Shown: positions 1 to 12,504, counted from the first letter of the stretch. The stretch: 64,000 nucleotides of DNA from Vicugna vicugna (GCA_013265495.1 MU058687.1:2978001-3042000); one strand, 5' to 3'. Translations and numbers: made by a program. The notes: generated by a model not told the origin, from the letters alone.

Positions 1-68
1 TCAGAAATTGTTGTTGTAAGCCAGTTTGTTCAGGGATGGTTTTATACACAGCAATATAAAACTGAGCA
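1..68 (+). mobile_element. 3' end of a MaLR (MLT1-like) LTR in NGB intron 3
   Basis: TTGTTGTTGTAAGCCA...TACACAGCAATATAAAACTGAGCA resembles the MLT1 3' terminus as recalled. Confidence 0.55.
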
Positions 69-318
69 GACCAGCTAATCCCAAAGACTCCTTTACTTTC
101 CATGGCTCTAAGAGAAATCATACAAGAAGAAAAATCAGGCTCAGAGAGGTCAAGGTAGTGCTGGGGTCACACAGCAAGTAAGTAACAATGCAGGCCCCAC
201 TCCCAGTTATCTGAGGGTATGGGAGTGGGGAGGGTAAACAGGTATACAGGGGAGGCCTGGAAGAGAGTGGTGGCCTCAGGCCAGGAGGTCTGGAGAGAGG
301 AAGAGTCCCTTTACCCAC

Positions 319-438
319 CGAGAAGGAGCTGAGCTTCACACCCACTGCCCGGTGCTTCCTGCCCAGGCTGGCAAGGTACTCCTCCAGCGAGGATAGGTCC
401 TCCACATTGGTCACCGCGGCGTCAATCACGAGCATCAC
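319..438 (-). CDS. NGB: Neuroglobin coding exon 3 (exon 4 is outside the window)
   Basis: 120 nt, [40 protein letters not shown] with proximal His F8; CAG acceptor, GTGGGT donor. Confidence 0.97.
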
Positions 439-1055
439 CTGCCAAGACAAAGGAAGTGGTGAAAAGAGGCCATAGCAACCCCCAACCCCTGCTCACAACC
501 AGAGTCCAGAACCTGGGGGTCTCAACCAGGAGGAAGACCTCAGTTTTCCAGGATCAGAGACAGAGGGCAGCCTGTGAATGCATACAGTAGGTGCTAAATG
601 TGTGATGGCCAAACTACTAATGTTATACCATGAAAGAAGCCTCTCTCCTCTGAGGGGCTCAAAGCCATAAACACATCAGTTGGACAGTGTTGTTCTCCTG
701 AGATGAGGGGACACTGAGGCCCTATGAGAGTCTGAGCCTCTAAGAAAACCCCAGCTTGGTTTTCACAGGCAGACGGCCTCTGATGGATCAGCGCCAATGC
801 CACCTACAGGAGCCAGGGGACAAGACCAAGGGCAATGGCAGAGCTGGGAGCAGCTGGCTGAGCACAGAGCAGGGGAGAAGGCTGACTCTTGTGCCCCAGA
901 CTCTGCCCAGCTCAACGCAGAGGAAAAGTGGCAGATGCCCTGATATGAGGGAGCAGAAGGCAATGGGTAAGACCAGGCCTGGGGCAGGAAACGAAAGTGA
1001 TTTCCCCATTCCAAGCTCTTCATTCTCTCCCAGGAAGGCTCCACCTGCCCCTCAC

Positions 1056-1167
1056 CTTCCTGATGTGGTCCAGGAACTCAGGGGAAGAGAGGCAGTCCTC
1101 TGGGCTGGAGAACTGGCGGCAGTTGTACTGAAAGAGGGGCAGCAGGTCTGGCTCCAGGTCAAACAGC
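1056..1167 (-). CDS. NGB: Neuroglobin coding exon 2
   Basis: 112 nt, (R)[37 protein letters not shown] with Cys46/Cys55 and distal His E7; AG/GTGAG boundaries. Confidence 0.97.
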
Positions 1168-1599
1168 CTGTTGGGGGAGGCCCGGTGTCAGCCATGGGGT
1201 GCTGCCCCTGCAGCCCCGGTGAGCCCTGGTTGCCCAGCAGCAGGGAGGGTGTGCAGTGCTGAGGCTGTAAACTATAGCACACCCTCCAACCTGGCATGCA
1301 CCCGTTTGCCAGTTTTGCTGGTACCCCTCTCTCCGCTCTCTCATATCTTCTGCAACCTGGAAAAAACAATGTATCCACAGGCCTCTCATAAAGCCTGGCA
1401 CATAATAGCACCTCCATAAACTGTTGAGGGACGTGGACTCAGATAGGAAGGGGTCCTCGAACAGGAAGACTGGAGTTACAGTATGGCTTCTCTCTCTCTC
1501 TCTACCTCCCTCCCTCCCGCTCTGGGTCAGAACCTCCCAATCTCATCATGTCTGAGAGGGCTTGGGCCAGTGATAACAGCATTTAGAACTTCTTACACT

Positions 1600-1750
1600 T
1601 ACTGAGCATTGAGTAATTTACGCATGATTAACATGTATTCCTCACACTCCTAAGCAGTGGGTGTAACTGTTATCCCAGTTTTATAGAGGAGGAAACAGAA
1701 GCCCAGAGAGGTTAAGAACTTTGCCTAAGGTCACACAGCTTGTGAGTAAC
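1600..1750 (-). mobile_element. MIR SINE
   Basis: GAGGAAACAGAAGCCCAGAGAGGTTAAGAACTTTGCCTAAGGTCACACAGCT is the reverse MIR core. Confidence 0.75.
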
Positions 1751-2379
1751 AGAGCCACAGAGGGTGCCTGAGAAAACAGTGGGTTTGGGGAAAGCTGGGA
1801 GGCACAAACAGAAGCTCTCAGCCACATCTGGGGGTCATGGGGTTTTGTGTAACTCTGCAAATTCATTCCCTTTTCTTTAGGGGGAAGGTTTTGTAAAAGC
1901 CTCCTCAGAAGTTCTGGGCTGGCTGAGGGAGTCAAGGCTTCTGAAAAACCCTGGTGAGGGATCATTGCCTCTTTGGTGATGGCAAAGGGGTTACCTAGAC
2001 ACCCTCAAGCTGAAGTTGAAGACTGGCCTCTCCTTCCCCTTTGGGGTCTGCACACTGCCTTACCCCTCTCTCCGGCGGTGAGATTGGGCATCTGTCATGC
2101 CTTCCCTGGTGGTTCTCTGGTCCTTTTCTGGCCCTTTCTTCTGAAAGATTTGTCCTTCTGCTGGTTGCTGGAAGTACACAGTCCTGGGGCCCAGACGCTG
2201 TGCCCTGCCTGCCAGGCGCCCACATAGGCCCTTGGATCACCCCAGTTTCCCCCGTACTGACAGAGGTGGGCACCCCTGCAGTCACCACGCAAGAAAAAAG
2301 CACTCAAGAGGCACAGAGCTGGGGATGGGGCACAGCACAGAGACGTGTCTGCTGGCCCCAGTGTAAGGAGACCCGCCGG

Positions 2380-3080
2380 AGCGGACCCTGGCCTGATCCG
2401 ACCCTGGCCGGAGCCCAGAGAGCCCGGTTGGGAGCGGGTCGTGCGGCGCTGGCTCGGAAGGCGCGCCACCGCTGGGGGAAGAGCAGTAAGGCTGCGCCGC
2501 CCGTCGCGGTGCCTCGTTCCTCTGGCGCACATCTGGAGGCGCCGCAGCGCCAAGGCAGCGGGCCAGTTTTTCCTCCTCTGGCGCCGCCTCAGCTTCCTCG
2601 AACCCGTTCCTGGGGAGGCACCCCTCCACCCGCACCCCGGGGGCGCCCGGGCCGCCCTCACCTGGCGAACAGGACGGTGCCATGCTCCAGCGGGCTGCGG
2701 CTCACCGCCCGCCAGCTCTGCCGGATCAGCTCGGGCTCCGGGCGCTCCATGCTCGCCCTGGAATGCGGGGCGCAAGGCTAGGACCCTCGGGGCGCGAGCA
2801 CCGTCACCGCACGTGCCGCGCCATCTCCACGGCGACGCGGCCACACTGCACCCGGTACGGACCCGGCGCCTTGGCCGGGCGGAGTCTAGCCACCCCTCCT
2901 TACCCGCCCAGGTGGAGGCACCCTAGCCGTGCTGGCCCTGCTGGTGCTTCTGGGGACCCCGCTCCTCCCCACTGAGCCCTGCGCCCCGCTGCTCCGAGAG
3001 CGCCCCGCCCCGCCCGGGCTGGGGCGTTTTAAAGCATCGGCGGCCCCCGCCCGCCTCCCGTCCATCAAGATGCGCATCTC
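2380..3080. promoter_or_regulatory. NGB: NGB CpG-island promoter with GC boxes and TATA-like element
   Basis: Dense CpG; CCCCGCCCCGCCC around 3003-3015; TTTAAAA on the minus strand around 3027-3033, about 280 bp upstream of the ATG. Confidence 0.8.
2662..2750 (-). CDS. NGB: Neuroglobin coding exon 1
   Basis: ATG at 2750 in AGCATGG context, 89 nt, [29 protein letters not shown](R); GTGAG donor. Confidence 0.97.
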
Positions 3081-3136
3081 CCAGCAACAGGCTCTGGTCA
3101 GGGATGACCTGGTGGCATAGGAAAACGACTGGGCTT

Positions 3137-3197
3137 CAGAGCTTAACAGACCCTTAACAGAGCTTAACAGAGCTTAACAGCCTTAACAGAGCTTAAT
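3137..3197. repeat. Minisatellite, about 6 copies of CAGAGCTTAA (9-11 bp variants), interrupting a MIR
   Basis: CAGAGCTTAA CAGACCCTTAA CAGAGCTTAA CAGAGCTTAA CAGCCTTAA CAGAGCTTAA; MIR-like CCTCAGTTTCTCATCTG follows. Confidence 0.9.
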
Positions 3198-5039
3198 AGC
3201 CTCTCGGACCTCAGTTTCTCATCTGGAAACTGGTGACAGTTTTACCGCTTACTAGTTAGGGCTCCAAGTTCAATTTTTACCCCCTTGGGTAGGCTCTGCC
3301 TGCGCCACCTGCCCACGAGCCCCACTCAAACGCTGCCTAGAGTCATCTGACCCCTTGGCACAGGGTCTTCTTCCTTCTGCCCTGAGGTCGGACCAGAGGA
3401 TGCCAGGGCGCCTACCTGTGTGACAAGGCTGAGGATGGGGAAGGTTGGGGCAGGGGGAGGTCTGCCGTAGGCTCTGGGTCTGACTGGGGCACTCCGGGAC
3501 GTGTGGGAGCCACCAGGGCACTCAGTTTTAGGGACGGGGCCAAGACCACAGCCATCTCCAGCCAGGCCAGGGTTTTCTTGAGACTTTCTCTTTAGAAATC
3601 TGTCAGCTCTAGTTCTAACCCCAGCTTTGCTTGGCCAGGGTGGGGTCTGGGATGCAGCAGCTGTGAGCATGCCACTACCTGCACATTAAGGGGGTTAAGC
3701 TAGAACATTCTACCATGCGATGATTTTTAATAAACTCTTGTAAAAGTTTAAATGGAAGTACTATTTATTCATTAAATTGAAGTTCAGTAACAGAATCTCA
3801 TGTTTGCCATTCAGGGTATGAAGTTGGTTACCTGTCAATTAGACCTAAACCTTTCTCTTTCAAGCATGAAAGTTCTTCAGGTCGCTGCCCAGTTCCAGTG
3901 GCCCAGGTTTTGGAAGTCAAAACCCTCATTTATCTTTTATTTCAAGTCTCCAAGTCTACCTCTTCTCAGTCTGCCCACCTCTCTTTTTCAGTTTCCTCAG
4001 CTGTACAGTAAGGAGTTGGGTAGCAAGGTCTCCAGGAGCCTCTCAGCTCACCTCCTTTGGTCCATGGATACAAGGTGGATGTGCCAGGGCCATGGGTCAT
4101 GAACAGGTTGAGGCTCTGTGCCCAACCCTTTGCTAGGCACGCAGTGTTGAATCCTTGCCTTCTAGAACTTCTGGCCCCAAATCAGGGCTGAGGGCCTCAG
4201 CAGTACTCTTCTTTCCTGCCCTCCGCCAAGCCCAGCGAAGTCATCTGGCAGCCTTCCCTCTTCCAGGGACCTGGAAGTTTGGAGCACATCCTATCCACCC
4301 CCACCCCCATCTCAGGAGCCTCTGGGCTGGAGCAGGAGAGCAAGGCTGTAAGGCAGCCTGGCTTGTGTCCTAAGGAGTCCAGGAGATCCCCAAATGAGAG
4401 CGCAAAGGGGACTGGGGCTGAAGGGAGAAGGCCCGGGTGCTCAGGGACTAGGCTTCCAGGTCGGCGTTCTGCCCTGCAGCCAGGTGAGCCAGTCACAGGC
4501 GAAGGCCACGTATGTCTCCAGCGACATTTACCTTCAGTGTCTGGATGCCCAGCGCTCTGTGTAGGCCGCCTGACCCATCAGGCTTTCCACTCCACCCAGT
4601 TTGCACTTCCTCACAACAGCCTCCCCTCGGGACCTCTCTTGCCTCCTTTCTCCTTTGGACAGGACCTGGGATCTAATAAGTTAATGGGACCTGATGGCCT
4701 TAGCTAGTAAGTGGTGGAGTCAGCACTCACTCTGCCCTTCTAGAGCCGGGAGGAGGTAGGTGGAGAGGGCTAAGTGCGCTCTCATCTCCGCCCCCCTTGA
4801 GAAAAGGCCTGAGAATCTGGCTGGGCACAAGTGGTCAGGGTGGTCGTTTATTCCATCCAGGAGACGGAAGGTCTGAATCCATATTTGAGGGACCAGGGAA
4901 AAGTCACAGGAGCTCCCCTCCCCAGCTCTGCCTGCGACTTGGGCAGGAGGTTCCAGTAGAGGGGAGGGTTTGAGTATTGTTCCAGAGCCAGCGCTGTCAT
5001 TGAGGCCAATTTCCGGCCAACAGTGAAGAGCCAGCATGT

Positions 5040-5225
5040 ATTGAGCTTCACGTCCAGATGCGGTGCGAGGGACTTTACATCATTAACTTTTTTCATTCTC
5101 ACAGTAACTGTGAAGCAGTTCCTATATATTAAGCCCTCGTTTTACTGCTGAGGAAATGGAGGCAACGAGGTTAAGGAACTGGCCAAGGTCACACAGTTAA
5201 TAAGTAATAGGGCCAGGATTTGACC
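5040..5225 (-). mobile_element. MIR SINE
   Basis: GAGGAAATGGAGGCAACGAGGTTAAGGAACTGGCCAAGGTCACACAG reverse MIR core. Confidence 0.7.
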
Positions 5226-6563
5226 TCAGGACTGACTCTGGCCCTTCCTCTAGATCTCCACACTCCACTGCCTCCCTCACTTTAATGGATTGTGACCAAG
5301 AGCTGTGTCCATAGTTCAGACCAAGTCAAGGCACTGGGTCTGTGTCAAAGGCATGTTGCAGCCAGCTCTTAGATGGCTTGTGAGAGCTGACTGTGCGCAT
5401 CTTCCGAGCTTCTCATTCAATGACAACAGGCTGGTAGCCTGAATTAGGCCACAGTGGAGTATCTGCTCCATGGAAATTGGCAAATGCTACAAATCAGGAC
5501 TTTTTTTCCTCCCAGAAAACCACTGGTCTGTGTGCAGAAAACACCAGGCCCTAGATAAGCTGTCAGTGCGTTAGGCAGAATGTACAAAGCAACAGGCCCA
5601 TCTAGACACCCTGGGCTGAGTCCAGGCCTTCTCCCAGGGGGTCCAGGTTGACCTGGGCAGATGCTTCTCGTCCCAGGACTAGGCTAGGGAGCAGAAAAAG
5701 CCCAACTTGGCACCTAGTCCTGGCTCCACTGTTCACTAATCGTGGCGCCTTAGGCAAGTAATTTAATCTCTCATGGGTAGAATGGGGACAAAACAGCATT
5801 GACCTCACTGGCCTTTATGAGGATAAAGTGTCACAGGTGCATGGGGACTTGGTAACCTAAGCTGTGCCAGACAAGAAGTATTTGGTCCTTTTCTAGCCTG
5901 CCTATTGTCAGCATTTTCCATCTCCTGAAGATCTGCAGGGACCCCCTCACACACCTCCCACCCCCATTCCCCACCCCGCCTCCAGCTACTCTTGGTCCTA
6001 AGGGGAAGGGGCAGTCAGACAGCCCAGGACCCCCAGTTTCACAACACAGTGGATTCCTCTTCTCCCTCAGCTCTTGTCCAACACAAGTCAGCTCTTACCC
6101 CTTCCGACCCTTAACATGACTCCAGATACCAGAAGACCCCTGTCAAGATGAGGGCCTCTGGTAAACAGAATGGATGTTGCTACAATGCCGGGCCACTGAG
6201 CTGTCTCAGAAGTAGACAACTATTCTCTCTCTCTCATTCCTTTCTATATTTGTGCAGGCAGGTTAAAAGAGAAAAAATAAGGTCCAGCTTCATACTTATT
6301 TTGGAATAAGTTTAAATAAATCAAAACAACCACCAAAATTACTCAAGTAAGTAACCTTATACACGAGAGGGCCCAAACATCCCCTGGGGTGGTCAGGCTC
6401 ACCTGCCCAGTCCCAGGCCTCTGCTGGAATTAGAATGGCTTCAGACTCCAGCACACTGGAACAGTCCTTGCACTCAAAACATTCTTCTCCTCTTTCTGAG
6501 AGCCAGGGAGCAAGTCAAATTCAATTAAGTTCAAGAACAACATGGCATTCAAAACAAGAGCTA

Positions 6564-6569
6564 TTTATT
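6564..6569 (-). terminator. POMT2: Probable POMT2 polyadenylation signal (3' UTR about 2.5 kb)
   Basis: AATAAA on the minus strand followed by T/GT-rich sequence, 2.5 kb past the stop codon. Confidence 0.6.
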
Positions 6570-9063
6570 ACAAAAGTAAATGGCCTCTGATTATCCGTGG
6601 AAACTTTTTTTAATATATAAAATGTGGTTCAAGAAGCTGGCTGGAGGTTGGAATGACTAACAAATCTCTTCACTCTCCACCAGCAAGTTTGCAGGGCGTG
6701 TCACACTCTGTCCAGTGGGCTGGACACCGCTTGACAGCCCCCTCCCCAGAATCATCCAACAGCAGAACCTGAGTACTTGGAGCTGCATCAACCCATGTGG
6801 CCTTGTCCCCAGAGAAGTGTCTGCCAGTCTGGGCAAGGAGGAAGAGGAGGGAGTGGGCACACAGCTCTTCTCCCATCTTGGGGAAGCAGTGGAAGAGACA
6901 GAGGAAACTTTTGTCCCTGGTGTGGCCAGTGAGGAGGGAGGGATGGGCAGGAAGCTGGCTGAGCTTTCTCCTTCCTTTCATCCTCACTCAGAGCGGCTGC
7001 CCCTCTGGCTCCTTCTGAGCATCTCCCTTCCAACAAGTTCTCATTAGGAAATAAGAAGGCACAAGGGAACATCAGCCACCTCCAGCTTGTCATTGTGGGT
7101 CACTGTTCTTTGCTGAGAGCCAAGCACAGGTTCCAACATCCCACCTCCAGGAGAGCCCACCTAGATGGCTGCCCCCACCCAGCTCAGAAGAAACTGACTC
7201 GGCCTGTGGTGGGGAAGGGTAGGAAGGGGTTGTGGGGGGTGGAGGAGGGCAGGCAGTGAGCGGAGGTTCTCCTTCCCTTCCAGAAATGCAATTAAGCAAG
7301 CAGCCCAGACTCAGCACCCGGCAGTGCTTCCTGCTGGGGGAAGTCAAAAGGGCTGCAGCCCTGGGAAAGGGAGGTCATCAGGCCCCAGATCTAATTAACA
7401 AACCTGCCTTGCTTTTGACGTTGCTGCATTTCCTCTATTAACATTAATGATGGTTGGTCTGAACGTGGCCAGAAGCTTCCCTCCCCATCACCCAGTAGGT
7501 AGCACAGCCTGTCCTTGGGACCAATTTCCAGTCTCCGTGGCAACCGCCTAGCAAAGATGCTCTGAAGAGCTCTGACCCTGTCAGAGTTGGTGGGGGCTAC
7601 AGAGGAGGGAAGATGGAGTGTGGCAGAGATTCATCATTAAACCTTGAGGTATCACAGTCCTCTGAGACAAAGTAATACTTTGTCATGCACCAGGAGAATG
7701 GAGGCAGCTGAAGGACTGGCCTTGGGTTAGTTCAGTTCTGACCTGAGGATTTTCTTTATCCCCTTCATTTGGGGAGGAAGTGAAAGGAACAGCTCTGAGC
7801 TTCTTGCTTGGGCTTCAAAGTGGTAGAGGGTAGAAGGCTTGATGCATCTCTAGGTGCTCTGGGTCTTGAGGGAAAAGAGATTCGTAAAATAGTGACAGAG
7901 AAAGGAAAGGGAATGGAGTGAAAGGGGGGTGTCAGCAGGGGAGGACTAGAGAAGCAAAACTGGGGAACATTTGGTAAGTGACAAGAACACCAGCCCAGGC
8001 AGGCTAGAGCAGCCCACATCCCAACACCCCACTGGGACACCAGAGCCCAGCACCACACAGATCCCTGCTCTGCCGCACATCCACCTCCACTGCTAGGAAA
8101 GGGGTCCCAGAGGCTCTCCCCGAAGCTGGGAGAATGCATCTGTCCCGCTCCCACAGCCAGGCTGGAAGCAGAGGGCAAAGGGTGGGCAGCCAGAAATCGC
8201 CTCTGGCACACAGGGCCAGAAACACACAGCAGCCAAGGACAGGGCACCAATCCTCCCACCAGCCTCAGGGTGTCACACTCCCATACGGCGAGGAACCGAG
8301 GGCTGAGGAGGGCCAACAGGGCTGTGATTCTCATCTGCCTGGCCCTGGGGCCCAGTCCTCTGCGCACATTTCGGGCAGGACGTCCAGCCACCTGCTGCCA
8401 CGGAGGAGACTTCCCCGCAGCAGCCACTCGGGGAAGAGTTGGGAGGCCGGCCCTCTAGCTCAGGGGAGCTCAGCTGCATTTGTTTATTTGTGGGAAGGAG
8501 GGCAGCACGGTGTTGACGATCCCATCTGCTCTGCCCTTGGTGATATCCCAAAGTGGGGCCAGTGCTTTCAGCGTTCTTGGAGGTCTGGGAATTTTTGATG
8601 AACATTACAAACCAAATCCAGTTTGAAAAAAATACCAGAAAATATTACTGTAGCCCTGGACAATTTCTTAGAGTTTATGACACTTAGCTGTCCACAGTCA
8701 CGATCTATATTCCACAGGTATACGGACAAACATACCCTCACACGCACGCTCTCTCACACACTCACACCCACCCCCTTGCACACTCATCCTTCCGTACACT
8801 GCACACTCGGGGAAAAGGGCCTGAGAGATGTCATCGCCTGTTGCTGAGCCACGTCCAGCGGTGGAACTTCTGCAGACAGAGCAGAGCTCTCTTCAGCGCT
8901 GGGTTAATCCCAAGATGCTCCCAGGGCTTGGTCCTGGCAGGCAGCAGAATTCCGCAGGTTCCTCGGGCAGCTTCCTCCACAGTTGGGAAGGTCCAGGGAC
9001 TGGCTCCGCAGCTGGCTGTCCCCAGGAAGTTCCTGGACTCAGGCTGGTGTCCTTGCAATGGCC

Positions 9064-9213
<150 letters not shown>

Positions 9214-10010
9214 TCAGCGAGGTACAGGGCCTGCAGATCTCTGAAATTCAGCTTCTCCTGCTGGAGCTCACCGGACCTTCTCCACCTACAAGACCCACCC
9301 CTCCTGTCACCATGTCTGCATGAGTTTGCTGCCTGAGTACACTGAACCCCGCGAGCTCGGCAGAGGCTGACTTAATGACAATGAAAGGAAGAGCTCTTCC
9401 CAAGAGGCCCAGGGGACAGCAGTCCAGGTCCTGATCATGGACAGTTTGGCCCAGAGTATTTGTTCAAATGTGGCAGTGCTCTCAGGTCACAGGCCCCCAT
9501 TCCCTGTTCAGGCTTTTATGTTGCCCCCTGGTCCCCTAAGACCAGTGACTGTCAACAGCGGATCTGTGAGACTTGTAAGGTGGAGAAAGGCAGGGCGGCT
9601 TGCCAAAACCACCTCCTTCCAGTTATTCTGAGCCACACCACACCCCCTGCGCCTCTGTACCACCTGCTCCCTCACCCCAACAAGAGCTGTTCCGGTTGGG
9701 AGCCACATGACTAAAAGGGGGCACCCTCCCACCTAGGCCAGAGTGGTCTAAAAGCTGGGAGCCCTGGCAAGAGGGAAGAATGCAGAGAGTCAGCAATGTT
9801 TCTCTCATCTGGCTGCACACTGGGGTCACCTGGGGAGCTTTGAAAACAATGCATGATGGGACACAGACTAGACCCAGCTGAATCAGAGCCTCTGGAGATG
9901 CAGGCAGGCATCAGGGTGCTTCAAAAGCACCCCAGGGCGTTCTAAATACCTCCGGGACTGAGGCATCAAGGTTGAGGTGGGCAGCAAGGGAAGAGGTGGG
10001 GGACGCTCAC

Positions 10011-10125
10011 CTGTAGGCAATTCCCAGGAGCAGGCTGAGGATTCCCACCGCATGTATGCCCCCGGCCAGGGGAAAGCAGGCCAGGCTCCAGGCACAGAGC
10101 CGCAGGAGAGTGTCCCACAGAATGC
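10011..10125 (-). CDS. POMT2: POMT2 exon 20
   Basis: 115 nt, [14 protein letters not shown]...[19 protein letters not shown]. Confidence 0.95.
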
Positions 10126-10305
10126 CTAGAAGAAGGAAGAGAAGCCTTGTACCAGTCTGTTAGAGGATGCCTTCTGAGGCAGCAGACGGAGCCACCCAGG
10201 TCAGGGGAGCAAAGGGTTCCCCCCTCAGTGGGCTGCTCCATGGCAGCCTCGTCCTCCTTCCCCTCCCACGCCCCTGTCACCCAGATCCAGGTGGGCAGCG
10301 CTGAC

Positions 10306-10446
10306 CTGTCAGCATGCTGGAGAAGAGCATGGCGGGGAAGTAGTGGTGGAAGTAGAGGATCCGGCCCATCAGGAAGAACGGGAAGTAATGGAGCATCCAG
10401 CCAAACAGCAGCTGCCCGCCTCCTCGCAGCAGGACCCAGGACAGAC
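10306..10446 (-). CDS. POMT2: POMT2 exon 19
   Basis: 141 nt, ...[40 protein letters not shown]. Confidence 0.95.
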
Positions 10447-11029
10447 CTAGGCCCCAAGGAGCACAGCCCTAGTCAGCCGACGGAGAGGGCGCAGAGAACC
10501 TGGTCCAGTCCAGCTCTGCCCCTTCCTTGCTATGTGACTTGAATAAGCCACAGCACATTACTGAGTCTTCCTTCCCTTATTCGGACCAAACTGAACAACT
10601 CTGCAGCAGCTGGCAGAAGAGAGGAGCAGCTGCTTGCTCTCTGGCCCAGTGAGGCTTCCGCACCCACAGCAGGGGGCCAAACACCAGCAGGAGGCAGCCC
10701 GGCCTCCATCTCCATCTCCTGCATCTTCGCTGCCACATAGATCTTTGCAGCAGCAGACAGGTCGGAGGTGAGCACAGAGATGAGGATGGAGGTGGGAGGA
10801 GGTGGTCTGGGCCTGCTCAGACGTGGAGTGGCAGAAGCAGAAGGAGCCTGCCTATGTGAATGTCTCAGATGCTGTGGTCCACGGCCTGGCAGCTGAAGTT
10901 ACCAGGAGCAGCACTAGGATGGGAACCCACAGACCATGCCTTGGGGCTCCTCTCTCCCTGACTAGAGGTCAAGGCCATGGAATGAGGGGACAGAAGAGAA
11001 AAGATGGGCAGCTCTGCACAGAGCATAGA

Positions 11030-11220
11030 GGTTAAAAGTGAAGGTTCTGAACAGACTGCTTCGATGAGAACCTCAGCTTTATCCCTTACAGTATATATTG
11101 TGGAGCAAGTTTCTTAACCTCTTTGTGCCTTGGTTTCCTGCTCCATAAAATATGGGTAATAAACTCTACTTTATAGCATTGTTGGGAGAATGTAGTATTT
11201 AACACAGCACTGGGCGTTTG
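11030..11220 (+). mobile_element. MIR SINE
   Basis: GCAAGTTTCTTAACCTCTTTGTGCCTTGGTTTCCTGCTCCATAAAAT MIR core. Confidence 0.7.
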
Positions 11221-11343
11221 GTGGCCATGAGCTCTAAAAAGAGAAGGGAGGGGGAGAGGGAAAGGCGAAGGATGGTCCCTCAGCCCGAGTGCAGGCACCC
11301 TGCCGGCCGCTAGGTTAGAAGCAGGAGAGCCCAGGGACCTGAC

Positions 11344-11449
11344 CTTCAACCTCGGCAGGCAGACGTGCCCCTCTCTGCACAGCCACAGCGACGATGCTCC
11401 CTGAGAGGAGGTAGAGGCCAATGCTCAGCAGATTCAGCCACCAAACCAC
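11344..11449 (-). CDS. POMT2: POMT2 exon 18
   Basis: 106 nt, [43 protein letters not shown]. Confidence 0.95.
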
Positions 11450-11541
11450 CTGCAGGGAAACAGGAGCAGGAGGGTGAGAGAAAGCAGCAGCTCTCCACGG
11501 GCACAGCCGAGGGCCCCAAGTAGGGTGTGCAGGATGCTCAC

Positions 11542-11601
11542 CGGGTTGCCGAGCAGATACACCCGGAAGTCCGTGTCACTGATCCCCGAGAAGTGCAAGC
11601 C
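11542..11601 (-). CDS. POMT2: POMT2 exon 17
   Basis: 60 nt, [28 protein letters not shown]. Confidence 0.95.
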
Positions 11602-11893
11602 CTGCGGAGCACAGGACACACTGCTGCCCCAGAGCTCAGCTCCTCCCAGCTGCACAAGTTCCAGGGGGAGGGAGACTGGCCACCTCTCCCAGACAGGGAA
11701 CCTGGATAGGAAGCTCAGAGCGGGCTCTGTGGGAAGGCTGGGTCCGAATCAGAGCAGAAAACAGAGGCCATTGCTGGCCACCCCACGCCAGGCAAGGCCT
11801 CGTCCTGCCACCCCAGCACACCCCACCTCCACCAAGTCTCAATGGTCTCTTTCTTGGCTCCATTCCCTGGGAGGAGCCCTCGCCTGGCCCTAC

Positions 11894-11965
11894 CTGATAG
11901 TTGATAGGCCAGTGCCAGGGTTTGGATGTGAACTCATTGTCCTTGGGTTTGAGGCCACTGTTTCC
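11894..11965 (-). CDS. POMT2: POMT2 exon 16
   Basis: 72 nt, [32 protein letters not shown]. Confidence 0.95.
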
Positions 11966-12504
11966 CTGCAGGAGAGTGGCAAAGAAAAGCTAGTCAAGAC
12001 AGAGATCCAGAAGGCTGATGGGAACGTTGAGGGATGGGCTTCTTTGATATATGGCCAGGTGTCAAGAGGAGCCCTCTCCTCTCCACACTCCCTCCCCTAC
12101 TGGGAGGACCAGGTGCTCATTCTCAGTCATCGCCCACTGGCTTACAACTGCCTTACTTCTCCCGACAAGCAAGCCTCCACTTCCCAGCAGAGACAAGTCC
12201 GCTCAGACCCTCTCTGCATGAGAGAAAGAGGAAAAGAGACTTGTTTCCCATGGGTGCAAAATATATATCCATCTTCCAGGCCCAGTATAAGGTGTCAAGA
12301 AGATGAGAAGGAGCATATGAAATCAGGCTGACTTACTTCTTCCCTTGAAAGACCAATTTCAAACACAAACCCAGAAACTTTGTTAAGTTCCTGGACTTTG
12401 AATAAGTAACTTAAGCCTAGTGTTTTCTCAGCTTTTTTTTCATTATTGTCTGCCCTCACCCAGCTTTTTCAGACATTTTTCCCTAAACACCCTCCATGAC
12501 ATTT

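Noticed and set aside
2041..2926. Long ORFs (246, 249, 193 aa) over NGB exon 1
   Set aside because: GC-rich CpG island is depleted of stops; translations are low-complexity Arg/Pro/Gly with no recognisable domain
2929..2950. Possible REST/NRSE site in the NGB 5' region (GTGCTGGCCCTGCTGGTGCTTC)
   Set aside because: Half-sites are degenerate and spacing does not fit the consensus; cannot support without a PWM scan
11474..12331. 285-aa plus-strand ORF
   Set aside because: Antisense to POMT2 exons 16-17, non-ATG start, no recognisable homology
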